Origin: Chthonomonadales bacterium
Lineage (GTDB): Bacteria; Armatimonadota; Chthonomonadetes; Chthonomonadales; Chthonomonadaceae
DNA length: 21,587 nt
Direction of reading: 5' to 3'
Assembly: GCA_038217285.1 (NCBI GenBank)
Contig: JBBQPO010000074.1
Span: 1-21,587, forward strand
The position numbers and the translations under genes were made by a program. This document shows positions 16,418-21,587 of this stretch, in pieces. Numbering within the stretch: position 1 is the stretch's first letter; each line of letters opens with the position of its first letter. The notes under the pieces are model-generated. The model made no database searches, was not told the origin of the DNA, and saw nothing but the letters and a program-made list of their open reading frames with translations.

Positions 16418-16442
16418 TCCCCCTGGATTGAATCCAGGGGGA
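16418..16442. repeat. Perfect 12-bp inverted repeat in a divergent intergenic region
   Basis: TCCCCCTGGATT-G-AATCCAGGGGGA. Confidence 0.85.
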
Positions 16443-16721
16443 TTCCAGAAGGTGCGCCTGTTCCCTTTTTGAACGCTGTCCCATCGGTAAATGCCGGAAC
16501 CTTCCTCAGGATTCGGACGTCTGCCTGGACGAAGGCGACATTCTACTTGTCATCAAGCAAAAGGCTACAAGTAGAGGACCCGTTGTTCTATGATACGCTT
16601 CGGCGTTTCTTTCCGTGCCACCCGAGTCGGGGCCGGATTTCAACCGTAGGCCATTCGTAGAAGGCCGTTTCCCGAGTCTGAATGAGCAGACTCCGCTACT
16701 TCCCATGAAGGAGAATTTTCC

Positions 16722-17264
16722 ATGAAAACAGTCGTCGGTTTGTTCGATGATTACAACCAGGCCAAGAGCGCGGCCGTCGAGGTTGAGCGCGCCGGTGTGC
16801 TGCACAGCGACATCAGTGTTCTGGCCAATAACGAAACCGAAGTGCATGGTCGCCGCGATACCGTCGAGACGGGGCACGGCATGGGCCATGCCGTGACCAA
16901 AGACGCGGGCGTCGGCGCGGAAGTCGGCGGCGTACTGGGCCTTCTGGCCGGACTGAGCCTGTTCGTCATTCCGGGCCTCGGCTTCATCGCGGGCGCCGGC
17001 TGGCTGGCGGGCATGCTTACTGGCGCGGGTATCGGCGCGGCGGTCGGCGGACTGGTCGGCGTCCTGACGCATGTCGGTGTGCCGCATGAGGAAGCCGTCT
17101 ACTACAACGAGGGCATCCGCCGTGGCGGAACCCTGGTGGCCATCCGCGCCGAAGACAGCGCGGCGAACGGGGTCGCGCAGATCCTCAGCACCCATGGCGC
17201 GGTCAACATCGAAGAGCGTGCCGCGACCTATCGCAGCGAAGGCTTCGTCGCACCGGTAGTCTAA
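16722..17264 (+). CDS. General-stress-protein-like membrane protein with a glycine zipper, 180 aa
   Basis: AAGGAG RBS; MKTVVGLFDD start, Gly/Ala-rich hydrophobic segment (GAEVGGVLGLLAG...IPGLG...GAAVGGLVG), GVPHEEAVYYNEGIRRGGTLV, and GAVNIEER. Confidence 0.85.
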   Translation: MKTVVGLFDDYNQAKSAAVEVERAGVLHSDISVLANNETEVHGRRDTVETGHGMGHAVTKDAGVGAEVGGVLGLLAGLSLFVIPGLGFIAGAGWLAGMLTGAGIGAAVGGLVGVLTHVGVPHEEAVYYNEGIRRGGTLVAIRAEDSAANGVAQILSTHGAVNIEERAATYRSEGFVAPVV

Positions 17265-17332
17265 CGGGCCTTCAGGAGCCACTTCGCCCTGCGGTAACAG
17301 ACCGCACCCAGCGGAGGGATCCATAGTCGTTC

Positions 17333-17376
17333 GAACGGACGGCACTCTGCACAGGCAGAGTGCCGTCCGTTCTTTT
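17333..17376 (+). terminator. Intrinsic terminator
   Basis: Perfect 18-bp stem GAACGGACGGCACTCTGC-ACAG-GCAGAGTGCCGTCCGTTC followed by TTTT, between convergent genes. Confidence 0.85.
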
Positions 17377-17397
17377 GCAACACCGGGCAGCGTCATA

Positions 17398-20310
17398 TCA
17401 GTGAAGGCGCAGGTTACGGGTCAGATTGCCGGTGACCAGGTCGAGAACGATCAGGCGACCGCGGTCGTCGGCCAGGGTGAGATGCGTGTCGTTCAGGCGG
17501 ACCGTGAGCAGCGATGCGCCCAGCAGCGTCAGCGTAGCGCAATGTTTTCCCCTCGAACGGTCGTAGAGTCGCACACAGACGCCCTTTGCAAAACGAAAGG
17601 GAACAGCAACCCAGGTGGCGGTAAGGATCGGCTGCATCGGCTGGGCCTGTTCGCTGGAAAACGAGTCTGTAAAGCGCGAAGTGGCATTTACATCCAGTTG
17701 CAAAAGGTCGTCTTCGATGCGAACTTCGTCCGACGTTTCCGCGCTCAGCATGGCCGCTTTGCGAACCAGGAGTTCGGCGGTGGCGCCGCTGGGAGCGACA
17801 CCACGGGTAAAGGCCAGGCGCAGATCGGGCGGAGGCTGCTCCAGACGGTCCCGCATCGTGAGAGAGGGCAGCGCGAAATGCCATATCCACCAGGTTTCTG
17901 CCAGTTGCGGCAGACCGTGGAGACCCTCCACGACCTGCGGCTGACGCAGCAGCAGGGCGCAATCGAGTATGGTCCGGGCGATCTGCACGGGACTGCCGGT
18001 CAGGTCGGGTGTACGCCAGAGCGCCTGAAAGCGATCCGCGGTAGCGTCGATCGCGAGCAGGTCTCCGGCGCGGCCACCGCTCGTGAGCAAGTCGCCGGTG
18101 GTGGCGACGAACCAGAGCGAGCCGTCGTAGTCGGGGGCGAACGTCTGGAGGGTCGTCTCGCACCAGTGCGCGGAGTGCAGACCCGCAAGGTCGAGCCGGG
18201 CCAGTCGCAGCACGTCCCCACGCGGCGCGATGGCGATGGCGCGTTGTCCGTTGTCCGCGACGACAAGCCGATAGGCCGGCTGATCGAAATGCGCGACGGT
18301 GCGCCCGTCGCGCGTCAGCAGCCGCACTCCCGCCTCTCCGAGTGCGACCAGGCACCGCCCGTTGGGCAGGAAGGCGGCGTCGGTCAGAGGCATCGCTCCC
18401 ACATCGTGCGCAGGCCACTCGAGCGCCAGGGGCGATTCGCGCCGGTTCAATGCCTCGATGGTCGCCTCGGCGGGCAGAGGCGGCAGGTCGGCGCGGAGGG
18501 CGGCGTCGGCCCCAACCTTTTGCAGGCGGCGGAACAGCTCGCGGTCCATAAGATGCGGCGCCAGGAGCGAGTCGCGTATGAGAGCCCGCAGGGCAGCCCG
18601 AGCGAAGACGGTTGCGCGCGGAGTCACCTCGACCGTACAGAGCGCCTCGGCGAACTCCTTGCGCTCGGGGGCCTGTTCGGGATCCTCATCGTCGAGCAGC
18701 GCGGCAATCCGGGTGTGCAGTTGCGAGTCTTCGGGGGTCAGTTCCAGCAGGCGGGTCAGCATACGTGCCGCCGGAACGCCGCCGAACGCAAGCGCCTGCA
18801 GGATCCACGGCAGGGTTTCGGCGCGCAGGTCCGGATGTTGCCAGAGCAGATCGACGGCGGCGGCATAGTCTCCGGCGTCGGCGGTCGCCTGCGCCCAGAG
18901 GCGGCGCAGCTCCAGGGCCTGCTCGGGATTCTTGTGGTTCAGCAGCTCGACCGCCGCTCCAAACGCCTGATGCCGTCGGGCGATGAGCATCGCCCGGTCA
19001 CGATCCCCCGCGAGCAGCCATTGGCGGACGATCAGGCCGGGAGCGAGTTTGCGCGCCTCCGCGATCTCCGCCGCGAGCTGCAGTTTGCCGTGCCGCTCCA
19101 GAAACGCGACCGCTTCGGCGCTCGCATGCAGCAGTTCCGCCAGCACGAAGGCGGCCTCTTCGATACGTCCCTGCCGCTCCAACTGCTCGAACGCATGCCG
19201 GTAGAGCGTGCGCAGGTCGGTAAACAGCTCGACCCCCATGCCAAGACGCCCTCTGGCAGTTCCGGAGGTGATCTGCAGATTTTCACGGGCGCTAGGAATG
19301 CTGAGGGAAGGAGGCGCCGGGGCGCCGCCTGAGTCACCGCCGAGCGGAATAGCATGACGCAGGGCGGCGTCCAGCTCCCCCTTCTCGAACATCTCCATCA
19401 TGCGGCCCAGGTAGTCGGCCTGTTTCTGTCCGATCTGCCGCGCCAGTCCGGTCATCATCAGGGCGCGGGCCGCCGTATGCTTCAGCCAGCTCTGGAAAGG
19501 GTTTAACGCCTCCCGCTCCGACTGCGGCCTCACGCCAAGCCCCTGCTTCGGCGCGGCCTCTCCGCGCCCCTTCCTGTTGTTTCTGCCTGCGCTGCTGCCG
19601 GGAGGGGTTTCCCCGAGATGAGCCAGCCGTTCCAGCAACGGGCGCAGCATATTCACGACAGGAGACTGCCGAGGCTCCCCGAGTCGCTCTGCGGGAGAGG
19701 GCTTCCCTTCGCGCTGCGCCCGGAGGGCGGCCTGGAGCTTCTGCGCCACGGCCGCACTCTGCGGATCGGCGGGGGGAACGCCGTGCAGTTTCGCGCGGGC
19801 ATCGAAGGGAGCGGCCTCCGCAACGACAACGGGAGGCGCAGGCGGCGCTCCGAGCGAAACCACGTCTATCGGTCGCCATGCGCTCAGGTCGAGCCAGTCA
19901 GCCGGGTCTTCCCGGGTCGATTCGGACAGGGGAGTTACGACCGCCTCTCCGTTTCGAACCAGCAAGAGGCCGTCGAGGAGCGGCAGTCGCTTGCGCTCTG
20001 CCACCGTAATTGGGGCCGCTGTCAGCAGGCCCCCCTCGCACACCAGCGGCAGACCCGGCGCGACGGCGCAGACGACCCGAGAAGGCGCAGGCAGGCGCAG
20101 CAGCAGTCCCTCTTCCAGTCTATAGACCGTGGCGCCCAGCGTCCAGAGGGCCAGCACCCGGCCCCGCGCCACCGCCGGCGTCAGCAGATGCGTGTCGAAT
20201 AGCAGGGCGCTCGCCTCTACCACGCCGCGATGCGTCAGCAGACCTGGACGGACCCGTTCGGCAGAAGGACCATCGGCAGTTGCGAAGGTCGGCAGGACGG
20301 TGTTGCTCAT
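17398..20310 (-). CDS. bpX6-domain protein of a MoxR-vWA-beta-propeller ternary system (970 aa: bpX6, helical repeats, C-terminal beta-propeller-like region)
   Basis: N-terminal VRP..HRGVVEA...RVLALW..GA.VYRL..GLLLRLP....APGLPL; central YLGRMMEMFEKGELDAALRHAIPL and EEAAFVLAELL..EAVAFLERHG; C-terminal beta-rich region with LVALGEAGVRLL. ATG 20310 overlaps the upstream stop (ATGA). Family recognised from memory. Confidence 0.75.
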   Translation of the reverse strand: MSNTVLPTFATADGPSAERVRPGLLTHRGVVEASALLFDTHLLTPAVARGRVLALWTLGATVYRLEEGLLLRLPAPSRVVCAVAPGLPLVCEGGLLTAAPITVAERKRLPLLDGLLLVRNGEAVVTPLSESTREDPADWLDLSAWRPIDVVSLGAPPAPPVVVAEAAPFDARAKLHGVPPADPQSAAVAQKLQAALRAQREGKPSPAERLGEPRQSPVVNMLRPLLERLAHLGETPPGSSAGRNNRKGRGEAAPKQGLGVRPQSEREALNPFQSWLKHTAARALMMTGLARQIGQKQADYLGRMMEMFEKGELDAALRHAIPLGGDSGGAPAPPSLSIPSARENLQITSGTARGRLGMGVELFTDLRTLYRHAFEQLERQGRIEEAAFVLAELLHASAEAVAFLERHGKLQLAAEIAEARKLAPGLIVRQWLLAGDRDRAMLIARRHQAFGAAVELLNHKNPEQALELRRLWAQATADAGDYAAAVDLLWQHPDLRAETLPWILQALAFGGVPAARMLTRLLELTPEDSQLHTRIAALLDDEDPEQAPERKEFAEALCTVEVTPRATVFARAALRALIRDSLLAPHLMDRELFRRLQKVGADAALRADLPPLPAEATIEALNRRESPLALEWPAHDVGAMPLTDAAFLPNGRCLVALGEAGVRLLTRDGRTVAHFDQPAYRLVVADNGQRAIAIAPRGDVLRLARLDLAGLHSAHWCETTLQTFAPDYDGSLWFVATTGDLLTSGGRAGDLLAIDATADRFQALWRTPDLTGSPVQIARTILDCALLLRQPQVVEGLHGLPQLAETWWIWHFALPSLTMRDRLEQPPPDLRLAFTRGVAPSGATAELLVRKAAMLSAETSDEVRIEDDLLQLDVNATSRFTDSFSSEQAQPMQPILTATWVAVPFRFAKGVCVRLYDRSRGKHCATLTLLGASLLTVRLNDTHLTLADDRGRLIVLDLVTGNLTRNLRLH

Positions 20311-21587
20311 CGGGCGCTGGCCTCCAGGCGGTATAGGGTGCCCTCGTGGGTTAGCGAATAGACGACGACCTCTCCCGCTTCGGTCACATAGGCGATATAA
20401 GGGTCGGCATGGCTGGCGGACGCATGGACGATGTCGGCGTTGGCACGTGGCAGAGCGAAGCTCCACTCTTTGCCGAGGATACGCAGTGACCGCTGGTCCG
20501 CCTCCAGCACGACCAGGCCGGGCGATTTGCCATACTGTCGCGGCCCAATCACGCCAACGACCTGCTGGGAGGCTTTGACCTCCAGATGCACGTCGTCCTC
20601 ATCGGTGATGACGATCCAGTGGTACTCATCGACCTGGAGGGCAGGCATTCCAAAATTCGGGGTTTCCAGACTGCCGCCGCAACCGAAGAAGACGTGTCGG
20701 GCGGTTTCGCCACAGGGCCGGTTCAACGTCCCTTTGTGTTCGTTGGGACCTATGGCCTCCACGTGCCACGCCTTCTCCAGGCGCTTTATGTAGACCAGAC
20801 TGTCGCTCTCCTTGACCGGCGCGACGGCGTGGATCGCCCTGTCGATAATCAGCGTTTGTGCCGTCTCCCCATCGCCAAAGCGCAGGCGCACCAGCAGGCC
20901 GTTCGGCAGCAAGGCATAGACCGCGTGCCAGTGCGTGTCATCGGACGGCCCGGAAAAGCAGGGGGCGAGCGGTTGCTCAGGCGTCGCGGCCATATCCGTC
21001 AGCAGATCTCCCATCGGTCCAGGGAAGAGGCCGAGCGGAATAGAACCGTGCTGCCCACCGATGCACTCCAGATGGAGCTGCGCCTCGGGGGACATTTGCA
21101 GAGCTACGATCGCTTTATGCACCCGGCCTGCCGCGAGAATCGGAGAGGGCTGGACTTTCGCGGTATGGATCTTAGGCCGGCCGGTTCCGGCGGTCGGCGA
21201 GTTCGGCACCGCGTAGACGACCAGCGCGTTCGGGGCGCAGCGGGCGATGAGCTTGGTGCCGTTCTGGCCCCAGACGAAGTTGGAGGTCGGAGCAAAGCGC
21301 CCGGCGACCTTACGGGGCGCAGAACGGCCCACGCCGAACGGGTCCCGCAGCAGCCGCCCGCAAAATTTCTCTTCCGGCAGCGGCAGCGTGATCTCCAGCG
21401 TCGGCCTGCCGGGGCTATGGATCACGGCGGTAACGCAGCGCTCTTCAGGATCGAGGGGATCGGTCACGAGCAGGCGGGAGACGCGGCGATCCGGCAGAAG
21501 ACGCTCCAGCCTGGGGCCACCGATCAGCCAAAAATCGTCGGATCTGCTGCCCGCACTCAGGCGCTCTTGCCAGTGCGCCAGGTCGTC
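20307..21587 (-). CDS. C-terminal part (427 codons, 5'-truncated) of a beta-propeller-like protein, probably the vWA-related component of the same system
   Basis: The frame is open to the window edge (DDLAHWQERL...). An LPLP....RLLRDPF motif is followed by short beta-strand repeats ending IAYVTEAGEVVVYSL. Translationally coupled to the bpX6 gene. Confidence 0.65.
   Translation of the reverse strand, partial: DDLAHWQERLSAGSRSDDFWLIGGPRLERLLPDRRVSRLLVTDPLDPEERCVTAVIHSPGRPTLEITLPLPEEKFCGRLLRDPFGVGRSAPRKVAGRFAPTSNFVWGQNGTKLIARCAPNALVVYAVPNSPTAGTGRPKIHTAKVQPSPILAAGRVHKAIVALQMSPEAQLHLECIGGQHGSIPLGLFPGPMGDLLTDMAATPEQPLAPCFSGPSDDTHWHAVYALLPNGLLVRLRFGDGETAQTLIIDRAIHAVAPVKESDSLVYIKRLEKAWHVEAIGPNEHKGTLNRPCGETARHVFFGCGGSLETPNFGMPALQVDEYHWIVITDEDDVHLEVKASQQVVGVIGPRQYGKSPGLVVLEADQRSLRILGKEWSFALPRANADIVHASASHADPYIAYVTEAGEVVVYSLTHEGTLYRLEASAR

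Noticed and set aside
17401-19332. 643-aa plus-strand ORF and other long antisense ORFs (for example 10372-11247, 14181-15011, 15568-16356, 16506-17396)
   Set aside because: They are shadow frames of well-supported genes in GC-rich DNA, with no recognisable motifs.
20311-20466. 52-aa N-terminal extension of the bpX6 protein
   Set aside because: It overlaps the upstream gene; the ATGA stop-start coupling at 20307-20310 identifies the likely start.

Overview
GC-rich bacterial window. Positions 1-3137 hold a type I-E CRISPR array that runs off the left edge: 51 full 29-nt repeats plus 1 partial, and 51 spacers, transcribed on the minus strand. It is preceded on the minus strand by a complete I-E cas operon (cas3-cas8e-cas11-cas7-cas5-cas6e-cas1-cas2) and an HTH-WYL regulator. 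A candidate WYL operator palindrome lies in the cas3 promoter, and a solitary repeat-like hairpin lies upstream of the WYL gene. The cas3 C-terminus, cas8e, cas11 and part of cas7 form a low-GC patch that looks like a swapped module. Overlapping spacers in the array reveal an AAG PAM and show that the terminal repeat base is protospacer-derived. To the right are a Trp-rich hypothetical gene, a single-domain receiver protein, an internally deleted GNAT pseudogene, a stand-alone LarC N-terminal half, a glycine-zipper stress-type protein with a strong terminator, and the last two genes of what looks like a MoxR-vWA-beta-propeller (bpX6) conflict system running off the right edge. All family calls come from motif recognition by eye; no searches were run.
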